64,000 nt of DNA. Origin: Patescibacteria group bacterium (GTDB taxonomy: Bacteria; Patescibacteriota; Patescibacteriia; JAGPKW01). The notes beneath the pieces were generated by a model. It saw only the letters and a list, made by a program, of their open reading frames with translations. It was not told the DNA's origin and searched no databases. The DNA lies in the NCBI GenBank assembly GCA_021734125.1, contig JAIPJN010000001.1:26957-90956 (forward strand), given 5' to 3'. Positions 40,345 through 53,845 of this stretch are shown piece after piece (position 1 is the first letter of the stretch; every line of letters begins with the position of its first letter). The position numbers were made by a program, and so were the translations under genes.

Positions 40345-40718
40345 TTTTTATTTGTTGAATATTTATTTATTATATTTGATATATCTTTTAGATGAATATC
40401 TGATTTAACTAAGTAATCAGAAGCTCCTAAATCTAAGGCTTTTTCTATTTGATTTTTATCTGAAATATTTGAAAGTATAATTACAGGTATGTTTTTAGTT
40501 TTTGGATTACTTTTAATGTCTATTAAAACATCAATACCATCTTTTTTCGGCATCATTATGTCTAATAGAATTATATCTGGTAGATTCTCGATTATTTTTT
40601 TAATAACCTCTTCTCCATCTATAGCTTTAGTTATTTTATAATTCCCAGAATTTTCAACTATAGATGAGAACATTTCTAATAATGATATTTCATCTTCTGC
40701 TATTAATATTTTTTTCAT
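40341..40718 (-). CDS. Single-domain response regulator (CheY-like)
   Basis: ILIAEDE...ILLDIMMPKKDG...LDLGASDYLVK. Overlaps the kinase gene with ATGA. Confidence 0.75.
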   Translation of the reverse strand: MKKILIAEDEISLLEMFSSIVENSGNYKITKAIDGEEVIKKIIENLPDIILLDIMMPKKDGIDVLIDIKSNPKTKNIPVIILSNISDKNQIEKALDLGASDYLVKSDIHLKDISNIINKYSTNKK

Positions 40719-40720
40719 TT

Positions 40721-41722
40721 TTAGCTATAGATTATTTTATTAATTAGATTTGTAAATTTTGGTATAAATAAAGTATTATCACTTTTTAATATTTTATCTA
40801 ATTCTAATACACCTTTTTCTAAAAATTCTAAATCGATTCTACTTAAATTATACAATTTTTTTTTCATTATATAAAGTCTACCTGTTTTCCAATTTAATAT
40901 TTTGCAAATTTCTTCTTCTTTTGTTTTAGAATCTAATAATTTTTTTAAGAAAATATAATCTTTTACTTGATTAAATAATAATAAATTAAATCTTATACTC
41001 TCTCCATCTCTGTTTTTTATGTCACTTTGAAAATATTCTTCAAATTTTTTATAAAAAATTTTATTTTTATCAAATATTAAATTCATTAAATAAAATATAT
41101 CGTCATCTCTTTCTTTATTTATAATTTCATCTATTTTTTCTTTTGTAATATCTGTTTCACAAATATTAAATAATTTATTTAATTCATTTTCTATTTTTAA
41201 TGAATTTTTATTACCTTCTATTTCATTTCTATAATTTCTTTTTATATTTAATTTTTTTATTAAATAATTAAAATTATTATTATTTATCTTTAAATTATTT
41301 TCTTGTATTTTTTTTAATATCCATTTATCAGTTTCTACATATTTATCAAACTTTATTTCTTTTATTAAACAATTTTTTTCTTTATTTAAAAATTTAAAAA
41401 AACCATTCCTTTTGTCTATATTATTTTCATAAATTATTGTAAATATATTTTTATTTTCAATATTATTTTTTAATAAATTAGAAATAATTTCTAAATTTTC
41501 TTTATCTAATTGAAATAAGTTTTTTAAAATAATAAATTTATTGTTTGAAAAAAAAGATAAATTTTTATATATATTTAATATCTCTTCTAAATTTTTTATA
41601 TCTTCAGGAAAATTAAAAGAATAAATATTTTTATTTCCATATTTATCAATAAAAAAATCTTTTAATTTTTTTATATTATTTTCTATGTCTTTTTTTCTAT
41701 CTCCTGAATATAGATAAATCAT
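40721..41722 (-). CDS. Probable DNA polymerase III delta subunit (HolA-like); weak assignment
   Basis: Starts MIYLYSGD (compare the IYLLYGED type). C-terminal DIFYLMNLIFDKNK resembles the delta motif IFALVDAIL. Sits immediately downstream of polA. Confidence 0.4.
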   Translation of the reverse strand: MIYLYSGDRKKDIENNIKKLKDFFIDKYGNKNIYSFNFPEDIKNLEEILNIYKNLSFFSNNKFIILKNLFQLDKENLEIISNLLKNNIENKNIFTIIYENNIDKRNGFFKFLNKEKNCLIKEIKFDKYVETDKWILKKIQENNLKINNNNFNYLIKKLNIKRNYRNEIEGNKNSLKIENELNKLFNICETDITKEKIDEIINKERDDDIFYLMNLIFDKNKIFYKKFEEYFQSDIKNRDGESIRFNLLLFNQVKDYIFLKKLLDSKTKEEEICKILNWKTGRLYIMKKKLYNLSRIDLEFLEKGVLELDKILKSDNTLFIPKFTNLINKIIYS

Positions 41723-41725
41723 TTT

Positions 41726-44356
41726 TTAATATTTATTCATATTACATAAATCTTCACCAATCTTAACTTCTACTTTTAATTGAACATTTTCGAATTTGTG
41801 TGCTTGTTCCATTTTATTTATTAAAATTGGAATATATTTTTCTATTTTATTTTTTTCAATTTCAAATAAAAGTTCATCATGTATTTGTAATAACATTTTT
41901 ATATCTTCTTTTTCTTTTATATATTCATATATATCTATCATTGCAATTTTAATTATATCTGCAGCAGTTCCCTGTATTGGCATATTAACAGCCATTCTTT
42001 CATCTCTTGAAGAAATCATGGGATTTTTTGAATTTATATTTTTTAAATATCTTCTTCTTTTAAAAATATTTTCAACAAATTTATTTTTATGTGCAAATTT
42101 TTTTGTATCTTCTATATATTTTTTAATATTATTATTTACTTCAAAATATTTTTCTATATATTTTTTTCCTTCTTCTTGAGTTTTACCAGTTTCTCTAGAA
42201 AATTTTCTAGGACCCATACCATATAAAACACCAAAATTAATTGATTTTGCATCTCTTCTTTCTGTTTTTGTAACGTCTTCTATATTTTTATTATTTAGAA
42301 ATGCTGCCGTTGCGGTATGAATATCTAAATTTTTATTAAAAGAATCTATCATTTTTTCTTCTTTTGCCAAATTAGCAGCAATTCTTAATTCAATTTGAGA
42401 ATAATCTATTGAAACTAAAACTTTATTTTTTTCTGCAATAAAAATTTTTCTAATATTATTACCGTCCTCTGTTCTTTTTGGAATGTTTTGCATATTAGGA
42501 TCAGAAGAAGATAATCTTCCTGTTGCTGTTATTGATTGATTAAAATTACAATGAATTTTTCCATCATTTTTTATTAAATTTGGTAAATTATCTATATAAG
42601 TATTTTTTAATTTATCTGCTTCTCTAAAATTAATTAATAATTCTATTAATTCTTTATTTTTTGGATTATTTATTAAAATCTTTTTTAAATCATCTGTAGA
42701 AGTTGAATACCCGGTTTTTATTTTTTTGATACCTTTTTTATTTATTTTTAATTTTTCAAATAAAAGCTCTTGTATTTGTTTTGGAGAATTTAAATTTAAT
42801 TCATATCCAGAAATATTAAATGTTTCTTTTTTTAATTTATCAATTTTTATAGTATATTCTTTTTGTATTTTTTCTAAAAAATTTTTATCTATTAAAATTC
42901 CATTTAATTCCATATTTGATAAAACTTCTATTAATTTCATTTCTATATTTTCAAACAACTTTATTTGATTCCTTTTTATTAATTCTGTTCTATGTAATTC
43001 ATATATTTCTTTTATAAAATAAATTTCCTCTTTTTTAAATTCCATTTCTTCTTTAATATCATCAAAAAGAGTTTGTGTTTTATTTTCATTTTTTTGTTTT
43101 CTTTTTGTTTTATAATTAAAATTTTTTTCTATTATATCTTCTAACGTATTTATGTTCTCCCCTGAAAATAATATATAATTAGAAATTTTTATATCAAAAT
43201 ATATATTATTGATTTCTATGTTTATATTTTTTAATTTTTTAATTATATCTTTTAAATTGTATGATATTTTTTTAATATTTTTATCTTCAAATATTTTTTT
43301 ATATTTTTTTACATTATCTGAATAATGTATATTATTTTCAAAATAATATATAATACCCTTTAAATTCTCGTCTAATAAAAAAATAAATTCATCTTTAATA
43401 TTTTTTATATTTATATCTTTATCAAAGATAATATTTTCTTCTTTTTGTTTATTTTCATATTTTTCTTTTTCTAAATTTAGTTTTTTCACAAGAGAAAAAA
43501 AGTTTAAATATTCAAAAAGTTTTTTTAATTCTTTATTATTTCTTTCTATTAATTTAAAATCTTCTTTTTTATAATTAATTTTTAAATCACATTTTATTGT
43601 AGCCAATTTTTTTGATAAAAAAGCTTTTTCTTTTTCATCTTTTATTTTTTGCAATATTCTTTCTGAAAATAATTTTTCTTTTTTTAAATCTTCATAATTA
43701 TTTTCTATATTTTTATATAAATTTTCTAAATTATTAAATTCTTTTAATAATTTTATTGAAGTTATTTCACCTATACCAGATATTCCTGGAATATTATCAG
43801 ATGCATCTCCTCTTAAAGCTTTATAATTTATTATTTGTTCTGGATTTAGTTCTGTTTCATTTTTTATATTTGAAATATCATAAGTAAAAGTTTCACTTAT
43901 ACCTTTTTTAAAAGTTAATACAGATGTTTCATTATCAATAAGCTGGAAAGAGTCTTTATCTCCAGTTAATATTATTTTATCTATATTTTTTATTTTATAA
44001 ACCACACTTCCTATTAAATCATCAGCTTCATATCCCTCTTCTTCTAAAATTTTTATATTAAATGCTGATAATATTTTTTTAATATATGGAATTTGATCAT
44101 ATAATTCTTGAGGTTGTTTTTTTCTGTTTGCTTTATATTCTTTATATAAATCATTTCTAAAAGTTTTTTTCTTTATATCAAAACAAGCAACTACATGAGT
44201 TGGTTTTAATTTTTCTATTATTTTTATTAAAATATTTGTAAATCCGTAAATTGAATTAGTCTGTAATCCTTCACTATTTTGCATAGTATCAGGTAATGCA
44301 TGAAAAGCTCTATGTATTAATGCATTAGAATCTATTATTAAAAATTTTTCTTTCAT
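41726..44356 (-). CDS. polA: DNA polymerase I
   Basis: 5'-nuclease N-terminus LIIDSNALIHRAFHA. Polymerase motifs RRDAKSINFGVLYGMG and LLQIHDELLFE. Confidence 0.9.
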   Translation of the reverse strand: MKEKFLIIDSNALIHRAFHALPDTMQNSEGLQTNSIYGFTNILIKIIEKLKPTHVVACFDIKKKTFRNDLYKEYKANRKKQPQELYDQIPYIKKILSAFNIKILEEEGYEADDLIGSVVYKIKNIDKIILTGDKDSFQLIDNETSVLTFKKGISETFTYDISNIKNETELNPEQIINYKALRGDASDNIPGISGIGEITSIKLLKEFNNLENLYKNIENNYEDLKKEKLFSERILQKIKDEKEKAFLSKKLATIKCDLKINYKKEDFKLIERNNKELKKLFEYLNFFSLVKKLNLEKEKYENKQKEENIIFDKDINIKNIKDEFIFLLDENLKGIIYYFENNIHYSDNVKKYKKIFEDKNIKKISYNLKDIIKKLKNINIEINNIYFDIKISNYILFSGENINTLEDIIEKNFNYKTKRKQKNENKTQTLFDDIKEEMEFKKEEIYFIKEIYELHRTELIKRNQIKLFENIEMKLIEVLSNMELNGILIDKNFLEKIQKEYTIKIDKLKKETFNISGYELNLNSPKQIQELLFEKLKINKKGIKKIKTGYSTSTDDLKKILINNPKNKELIELLINFREADKLKNTYIDNLPNLIKNDGKIHCNFNQSITATGRLSSSDPNMQNIPKRTEDGNNIRKIFIAEKNKVLVSIDYSQIELRIAANLAKEEKMIDSFNKNLDIHTATAAFLNNKNIEDVTKTERRDAKSINFGVLYGMGPRKFSRETGKTQEEGKKYIEKYFEVNNNIKKYIEDTKKFAHKNKFVENIFKRRRYLKNINSKNPMISSRDERMAVNMPIQGTAADIIKIAMIDIYEYIKEKEDIKMLLQIHDELLFEIEKNKIEKYIPILINKMEQAHKFENVQLKVEVKIGEDLCNMNKY

Positions 44357-44404
44357 TAAAAAATTACTTATGTTTTACATAAGTAATTCTATCTTATTTT
44401 TGCT

Positions 44405-46120
44405 TTAATTTCTAGCCACTCTAAATACTTCTTCTATTGTTGTTTTACCTTCTATAGCTTTTATTAATCCATCTTGGATCATATTTACTATACCTTCATT
44501 TTTACATAATTCTTTTATTTCATATTCTGAAACTCCTCCCTTCATTATAACTTCTTCTAACTTATCCGTTATAGGTAAAACTTCATAAATACCTATTCTT
44601 CCTGAATATCCAATATTATTACATTTTTCACAACCTTTTCCTTTATAAAATTTTAGATTATCTAAATCTAAATCTACATCTATTTTTTCTTTAGCTTTTT
44701 CTGTTATTTCAGATAAATAAACCTTTGCTCTTTTTAGATTTTGTTCATCTGGTTTATATTCTTCAATACAATGAGGACATATCTTTCTTACTAATCTTTG
44801 TGAGAGAATAACATTTAAAGAAGGTGCAAGTAAAAAAGGCTTTACCCCCATTGCTAAAAATCTAGGAATAGCTGCAGAAGCACTATTTGCATGTATTGTA
44901 GATAGCACTACATGTCCAGTCAAAGATGCATTTATTGCAATTTCTGCTGTTTCTAAATCTCTTATTTCTCCTACCATTACAACATTTGGATCTTGTCTTA
45001 AAATTGCTCTTAATCCTGTAGCAAAATCATAATTTTTAGAATAATCTATTTGAGATTGATTTATACCTTTTAATTTATATTCTACTGGATCTTCTAATGT
45101 AATTATATTAACTTGGGGTTTATTTAATTCTTTTAACATTGCATAAAGAGTTGTAGTTTTACCTGCTCCAGTAGGACCTGTAGTTATAATCATCCCCATT
45201 GACTTGCTTAATTGATCTTTCATTACTTCTAAATTATTTTTTGAAAAACCTAATTCTTCAAAAGGCAAATCAACTGCTGAAGATTTTAAAAGACGCATTA
45301 CAGCAGACTCTCCAAATGTTGTAGGCAATGTAGATACTCTGACATCAACCCTATCTTTATCTAAAAATATAGTAAATCTTCCATCTTGAGGTATATTTTC
45401 TACATTCATTTTTAATCCAGCCAATAATTTAATTCTTGATATAATTTTAGGCCACAATTTTTTTTCCATTTTAGTTATTTCTTGTAACATTCCATCAATT
45501 CTAAACCTTACAGCAACTTTATTTTCTTCTGCTTCCACATGAATATCTGATGAATTAAATTTTATAGCAGACGCTATTAATACAGTTGTTATTTCAGTTA
45601 TATCTGTTTCTGCTATTTTTTGTTTCACATCTTCAAATTTTTCAACTTCTTTTAATATTTTTTCAAAAAATTCAGTTTTTATAGTTACACCACTAGAAAA
45701 TACCCTGCTTTTTGGTAGTTTTTCATAAAGTTTTAATGCATCTTTAAAACTTCCTTCTGAAATTAAAAAAAATTCTTTTTTTATTTCTCCTTCATCTGTT
45801 TTTATTGTGTCTATAAAATCTAAAGTATTATCATTATATTCAACAAATCCTACTTTTATTGCTTTATATTCTTTAAAAAAACATATTACTTTATATTTTT
45901 TACAATCATTTATACTTATAATTTTTAATGCTTCTGGTCCTATTGGAAAATTGTGTAAATCTATATATTCTATACCAAAAACTGAGGCTTGTTTTTCTGT
46001 AGCCTCTTCTTCTTGTTTTATTTGTATTTGCTTATATGTTTCTTTAAATTGTTCTTTTGTTTTGTCTGATGAAATATTTAAAGCAGAATACCCTCCATTT
46101 TTTGTCTGTGATATAGACAT
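44405..46120 (-). CDS. Type II/IV secretion (type IV pilus) assembly ATPase, GspE/PilB family
   Basis: Walker A IITTGPTGAGKTT, His/Asp boxes, and a C-terminal tetracysteine motif. Confidence 0.8.
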   Translation of the reverse strand: MSISQTKNGGYSALNISSDKTKEQFKETYKQIQIKQEEEATEKQASVFGIEYIDLHNFPIGPEALKIISINDCKKYKVICFFKEYKAIKVGFVEYNDNTLDFIDTIKTDEGEIKKEFFLISEGSFKDALKLYEKLPKSRVFSSGVTIKTEFFEKILKEVEKFEDVKQKIAETDITEITTVLIASAIKFNSSDIHVEAEENKVAVRFRIDGMLQEITKMEKKLWPKIISRIKLLAGLKMNVENIPQDGRFTIFLDKDRVDVRVSTLPTTFGESAVMRLLKSSAVDLPFEELGFSKNNLEVMKDQLSKSMGMIITTGPTGAGKTTTLYAMLKELNKPQVNIITLEDPVEYKLKGINQSQIDYSKNYDFATGLRAILRQDPNVVMVGEIRDLETAEIAINASLTGHVVLSTIHANSASAAIPRFLAMGVKPFLLAPSLNVILSQRLVRKICPHCIEEYKPDEQNLKRAKVYLSEITEKAKEKIDVDLDLDNLKFYKGKGCEKCNNIGYSGRIGIYEVLPITDKLEEVIMKGGVSEYEIKELCKNEGIVNMIQDGLIKAIEGKTTIEEVFRVARN

Positions 46121-46144
46121 GAATCTTTTTTTTATTTCTTTATA

Positions 46145-47302
46145 TTAACTATTATACATTAACTCTGTCATTTTTGAAATTTCTTGTTCCCATGATTTAT
46201 CTTGAACTGATTTTGTTCTTTTTAATTTTAAAGATTTATCATTTTCTATACATGCTTTTTCTATATAATTAGAAAATTCTAGTTTATTATCTGCTATATA
46301 TATTAAATTTTGAAATTCATTTATTTTTTCATTAATTTTTGTAGTTACTACAGGTTTTCCTAATGCTAAATATTCATACAGTTTCATAGGATCCATTGAT
46401 TTTATAAAATCTCCAGTTAGGTGAGGTATCAAACATACATCAAAAAATGAGTATAAATAAGGTTTTTCATTATTTTTTATAAAACTTAAATGAAGTTTTA
46501 CATTTTTATAATTATTTAAATTTTTTATTTTTATATCATCAAAAACTGGTCCTGTTATTAAAAATAATTTATCAGGATTATTTTTTATAGCAAATTCTAA
46601 TAAACTTAAATTAATTCTATCGCTTTTTAATATACCGCAATAACCTATTATTTTAGAATTTTTAAATTCAGAATTTTTGATTTCAGATATTATATTATCT
46701 ACTCTAAAAGATTTTATAGAATTATTAAAAAAATCTATATTAACTCCATTTGGAATTATATAAGTATTAAAATTAGAAAATATTGTTTCGTCTAAATTTT
46801 TTGAAACCACAAAAATTTTATCAGAATTATTTGCAATATAATTATATTTTTTTAATAATTTATTTTTATATTTTTTAAAAGTCCTATTTTCTGCCCAATT
46901 ATCATTTGCCTCAAAAAATAATTTATTTTTTTTGAACCATTTTATATATTTTGTAAAAAATGGATTATGATTTAATACTATAAAATTTTTATCTAAATTT
47001 ATTTTTTTTAATATTTTTTTTATAGATTTTGGATTTATAGTGTGAACTGAATATATTTTTTCACTTTTTTTATTAACTTTAAAAAATAAACCTCTCATTA
47101 TAGTTTCTGAATCTTTTTTATATATTTTTGCTTTTATATATTCTCTTATTAAGCTTTTAAAATTAAATGGTAAAAAATCTACAGAAATTATTTTATTTAT
47201 TCTATAATTTTTTTCCATTTCAAAAATAATATGATAATCTCTGCCTATCATATCATTTTCCCATTCAAACCAGGATGTCATATTAAAATTTAGAACATCC
47301 AT
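46145..47302 (-). CDS. Glycosyltransferase, probably family GT1/GT4
   Basis: C-terminal EYLALGKPVVTT, the E-x7-E-type signature of retaining GT-B glycosyltransferases. Confidence 0.45.
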   Translation of the reverse strand: MDVLNFNMTSWFEWENDMIGRDYHIIFEMEKNYRINKIISVDFLPFNFKSLIREYIKAKIYKKDSETIMRGLFFKVNKKSEKIYSVHTINPKSIKKILKKINLDKNFIVLNHNPFFTKYIKWFKKNKLFFEANDNWAENRTFKKYKNKLLKKYNYIANNSDKIFVVSKNLDETIFSNFNTYIIPNGVNIDFFNNSIKSFRVDNIISEIKNSEFKNSKIIGYCGILKSDRINLSLLEFAIKNNPDKLFLITGPVFDDIKIKNLNNYKNVKLHLSFIKNNEKPYLYSFFDVCLIPHLTGDFIKSMDPMKLYEYLALGKPVVTTKINEKINEFQNLIYIADNKLEFSNYIEKACIENDKSLKLKRTKSVQDKSWEQEISKMTELMYNS

Positions 47303-47323
47303 AAAATACCTTTTTATTAATTA

Positions 47324-48709
47324 TTATAAATAAAGTTTTTCTCTAATAAGCTCTACATCTTTTTGTATTTTATTGTTTTCAAGCATTTGTGTTCTTATTT
47401 TTTGATAAGAATGCATAGCTGTAGTATGATCTCTTCCACCAAGTTCTGCTCCAATATTAGGGAAAGAGCAGTCTAATTCTTCCCTTAATAAATACATAGA
47501 TATTTGTCTTGGAACAACTAATTCTCTTTTTCTAGATTTCCCTTTTAATTCTTCATCTGTAATATTATAAAAACTTGAAACTGATTTTATAATGTCTCTT
47601 ATACCAAAATTGGCATGCTTTTTTCTACTTTCTTTTAAAGCAAATATTGTTGTTTTTATATTATCTATTGTTGGTTCTATCATTCTAAGTTCGTATTGTG
47701 CTATTATTTTATTTAAAATTCCTTCAAGCTCTCTAACACTTTTTTGAATCATTGTAGCTATAAATTTTATAACTTCTGGTTTAAATTTATAACCTTTTTG
47801 ATTTAATTTTGATTCAACTATAGCAACTCTAGTTTCTAAATCTGGAATTGATATATCTGCTATCATTCCAGATTCTAATCTGGAAGTTAATCTTTCTTGA
47901 AAAGCAGATAAAGCTTGTGGTGGTCTATCTGATGTAATGACTATTTGTTTATTTTTTTGGTAATATTCATTGAAGGTATTAAAAAATTCTTCTTGAGTTC
48001 TATCTTTACCAGCCATAAACTGTATATCATCAATCAATAATATGTCATAAGATCTATATTTATCTCTAAATCCTTTCATTTTACCTGCTTGAATTGCTTC
48101 TATATAATCATTTACAAACTTTTCACAAGTTATGTAAAGGACTTTTTCTCCTTTAAATCTTTTATTAATTTCGTTCCCTATTGCTTGAGATAAATGAGTT
48201 TTACCTATACCTACATCTCCATATAAAAATAAAGGATTATATTTTTCTCCAGGATAAGTGGCAACACATTTTGCAGCGGCATATGCTAATTCATTTGTTT
48301 TCCCAACAATAAAATTCTCAAATGTGTATTTTTCATTTAAAGCAAATTCCCCCATTGGTAGAGAATCTTTATATCTGGTTTGATTAATATTGATTTCTGT
48401 TTTTTCTTTTTCTAATGTTTCTTCTTTTTCTTTTGGCTTTTCTTCATTTTTATGTATATTTAGATCTACTTCATACACAATTTTTTTAATTTTGCCCTCA
48501 GTAACTTCTTGTAAAGAATCTAATATTTCTTTATGGTACTTCTTTTTAAGCCAAGCCTTAGCAAAAGCGTGAGGAACGCCAAGAGTGACTTGTTCATCAT
48601 TTTCTATGTCTTTTATAAATGTATTTTCAAACCAAGTAGCAAAATTAGCTTTAGAAAGAGATAATTCTAACCTCGCTAAGGATGCTTCCCATATTTGTTC
48701 TTTATCCAT
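47324..48709 (-). CDS. dnaA: Chromosomal replication initiator DnaA
   Basis: AAA+ Walker A LFLYGDVGIGKTHL and domain IV VVPRQISMYLLREEL...GGRDHTTAMH. Confidence 0.9.
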   Translation of the reverse strand: MDKEQIWEASLARLELSLSKANFATWFENTFIKDIENDEQVTLGVPHAFAKAWLKKKYHKEILDSLQEVTEGKIKKIVYEVDLNIHKNEEKPKEKEETLEKEKTEININQTRYKDSLPMGEFALNEKYTFENFIVGKTNELAYAAAKCVATYPGEKYNPLFLYGDVGIGKTHLSQAIGNEINKRFKGEKVLYITCEKFVNDYIEAIQAGKMKGFRDKYRSYDILLIDDIQFMAGKDRTQEEFFNTFNEYYQKNKQIVITSDRPPQALSAFQERLTSRLESGMIADISIPDLETRVAIVESKLNQKGYKFKPEVIKFIATMIQKSVRELEGILNKIIAQYELRMIEPTIDNIKTTIFALKESRKKHANFGIRDIIKSVSSFYNITDEELKGKSRKRELVVPRQISMYLLREELDCSFPNIGAELGGRDHTTAMHSYQKIRTQMLENNKIQKDVELIREKLYL

Positions 48710-48773
48710 TTTGTGCCCTTTTAAAAAGATAAATTTTGTCGTGCTTGGTAATATATTAACATAATAATTAAAC

Positions 48774-48812
48774 TGTGGAAAACTTTTTTGCCTGTGTATA
48801 AACTGTGTATAA
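48774..48812. promoter_or_regulatory. Cluster of three DnaA-box-like 9-mers in the divergent dnaA/rpmF intergenic region; candidate dnaA promoter or oriC segment
   Basis: TGTGGAAAA (48774-48782), TGTGTATAA (48793-48801) and TGTGTATAA (48804-48812). Each is one mismatch from TGTGGATAA. Confidence 0.4.
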
Positions 48813-48915
48813 GTATATTGACAATATAATTATATGATGATATGAAAGCTTAATTCATTTGATTTATATTCCCTGTTATGTTATTATTTATCTATAATTT
48901 TTAATAATTTTTAAA

Positions 48916-49077
48916 ATGTCAGTTCCAGCAAAAAAAGCTTCAAGAACTCAAACTAGAGCTAGAAGAAAAACTAATATGAAAATAAAATTTACTAAAGATA
49001 ATATAGAAAATTGCCCTAAATGTAATAAAGTAAAATTACAACACAGGGCTTGTTCTTATTGTGGTTATTACAAATAA
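48916..49077 (+). CDS. rpmF: 50S ribosomal protein L32 (53 aa; absent from the supplied ORF track)
   Basis: Translated by hand: MSVPAKKASRTQTRARRKTNMKIKFTKDNIENCPKCNKVKLQHRACSYCGYYK. It has the CxxC...CxxC zinc ribbon and the basic N-terminus typical of bL32. Confidence 0.7.
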   Translation: MSVPAKKASRTQTRARRKTNMKIKFTKDNIENCPKCNKVKLQHRACSYCGYYK

Positions 49078-49083
49078 AATTTT

Positions 49084-49887
49084 ATGTCCAATAGACACCT
49101 TAGTCGTTCTATAGTATTACAATCTTTATATGAATGGGATTTTAATGATAGAAAATGCAATCTAAGTGATTGTATTTCTTATAATTCTTCTGAATTTGCT
49201 CCTGGAATGGAAAAAGATGATTTTATACAATCTTTATATAAAGGTGTTGTTAGAAATATAAAAAAAATAGATAAAATAATAAAAATTTACGCTACAGAAT
49301 GGCCAATTTCCCAAATTTCTATTGTTGATAGAAATATTTTAAGAATTGGTATTTATGAAATATTATTTGATATAAAAACTCATCCAAAAATAATAATAAA
49401 TGAATCAATAGAACTTGCTAAAAACTTTTCTGGTATTAATTCATCTAAATTTATTAATGGAGTTATTGGAGGTTTATATGAAAATTTAAAAGATAAAATA
49501 ATTAATAAAAATTTTATTTATTTTATAGTGAAATATAAAAATAACTATATTGATTTTTCGGATATTTTTTTGAAAAAAGAAATTGATTATAAAAAAAGTG
49601 ATGAAGTTGATAATAAAGAGTATATTAAAAATATCTCAGAAGATTTATTGAAAAAAGATTTTAAAGATAATATTTCAAAAATAGAATATTTTCATGATTT
49701 TTTTTATACAAAAAACAATATAAAAGAAATAAAAGAAGGTCTACCTGATATAATAAAGTTTAATTGTTATATTGTTATTTGTGAACTTAAAAATAAAGAT
49801 AATAATTATAAATATATAAATAAAGAAAGTTTTATAAATAAACAGGAATTTAATAATGTAAAAAAAATATTAAAAGAAAAATTATGA
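49084..49887 (+). CDS. NusB-family protein with a C-terminal extension of about 130 aa
   Basis: N-terminal HLSRSIVLQSLYEWDF and IVDRNILRIGIYEIL match NusB helices. Confidence 0.55.
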   Translation: MSNRHLSRSIVLQSLYEWDFNDRKCNLSDCISYNSSEFAPGMEKDDFIQSLYKGVVRNIKKIDKIIKIYATEWPISQISIVDRNILRIGIYEILFDIKTHPKIIINESIELAKNFSGINSSKFINGVIGGLYENLKDKIINKNFIYFIVKYKNNYIDFSDIFLKKEIDYKKSDEVDNKEYIKNISEDLLKKDFKDNISKIEYFHDFFYTKNNIKEIKEGLPDIIKFNCYIVICELKNKDNNYKYINKESFINKQEFNNVKKILKEKL

Positions 49888-50573
49888 TTAATTTAGATAA
49901 AATAGAAAAAAATATAGGAATAAGTTTTAAGAATAAAAGTCTTTTGCAAAATGCTCTTGTTCATAGATCTTATTTAAATGAAAATCCTGATTTTGAATAT
50001 TCTGATAATGAAAGATTGGAATTTTTAGGAGATGCTGTTTTAGAATTAATAGTAACGGATTTTTTATATAAAAATTCGAAAGAACCAGAAGGAATTTTAA
50101 CAAATTTTAGGGCTAGTTTAGTTAATACTAAAATGTTAGCTTCTGTTTCTGAAAAATTAAATATAAAAGATTATTTATATTTAAGTAAGGGTGAAAAAAA
50201 TAGTATAGATGAAAGATCTAAAATAGGAATTCTTGCTGATTCGTGTGAATCAATAATAGGAGCTATATATTTAGATCAAGGTTTAAATACTGCAGAAAAA
50301 TTTATAAAAGAAAATATACTTATAAATTTTGATAATATAGTTAAAGAAAAATCTTATGTAGATTATAAAACATATTTTCAGGAAGCAGCTCAAGCAAAAC
50401 TTGGTATTACTCCTACTTATGAAGTAATGAAGGAATCTGGACCTGATCATGACAAAGAATTTGAAATAGGAGTTTATTTAAATGAAGATTTAATATCTGT
50501 TGGAAAAGGTAAAAATAAACAATCTGCTCAAGAAGAAGCTGCTAAAAATGCTACAGCTTTGAAAGATTGGTAA
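49884..50573 (+). CDS. rnc: Ribonuclease III
   Basis: Signature ERLEFLGDAVLELIV and a C-terminal dsRBD. Confidence 0.85.
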   Translation: MINLDKIEKNIGISFKNKSLLQNALVHRSYLNENPDFEYSDNERLEFLGDAVLELIVTDFLYKNSKEPEGILTNFRASLVNTKMLASVSEKLNIKDYLYLSKGEKNSIDERSKIGILADSCESIIGAIYLDQGLNTAEKFIKENILINFDNIVKEKSYVDYKTYFQEAAQAKLGITPTYEVMKESGPDHDKEFEIGVYLNEDLISVGKGKNKQSAQEEAAKNATALKDW

Positions 50574-50595
50574 ATATTAAATTTATATATAAAAA

Positions 50596-50625
50596 AAGAA
50601 CGTTTTTAAAGGCGTTCTTTTTTTA
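50596..50625. terminator. Bidirectional intrinsic terminator shared by rnc (plus) and 5S rRNA (minus)
   Basis: AAGAACG...CGTTCTT stem followed by T7 on the plus strand and T-rich on the minus strand. Confidence 0.6.
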
Positions 50626-50650
50626 TGCAAAAAAAATAGAGTAAATTATT

Positions 50651-50768
50651 GTTCTGGCGATGACCTACTTTTCAACCTTGAAAAAGGCGTATCATCGGTG
50701 CTAAAAGGCTTAACTTCTGTGTTCGGTATGGGAACAGGTGTTACACTTTTGCTATTAATCACCAGAAC
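50651..50768 (-). rRNA. rrf: 5S rRNA
   Basis: The reverse complement contains CCCATACCGAACACAGAAGTTAAGC. Confidence 0.85.
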
Positions 50769-50864
50769 AATAATTTACTCTATCTTATCTAGTATAAGTA
50801 AAATAAATTAAAGAAAAGAATAAAGTTTCTAATATTCTAATTACATTTTAATTACATTATAAAT

Positions 50865-53845
<2,981 letters not shown>

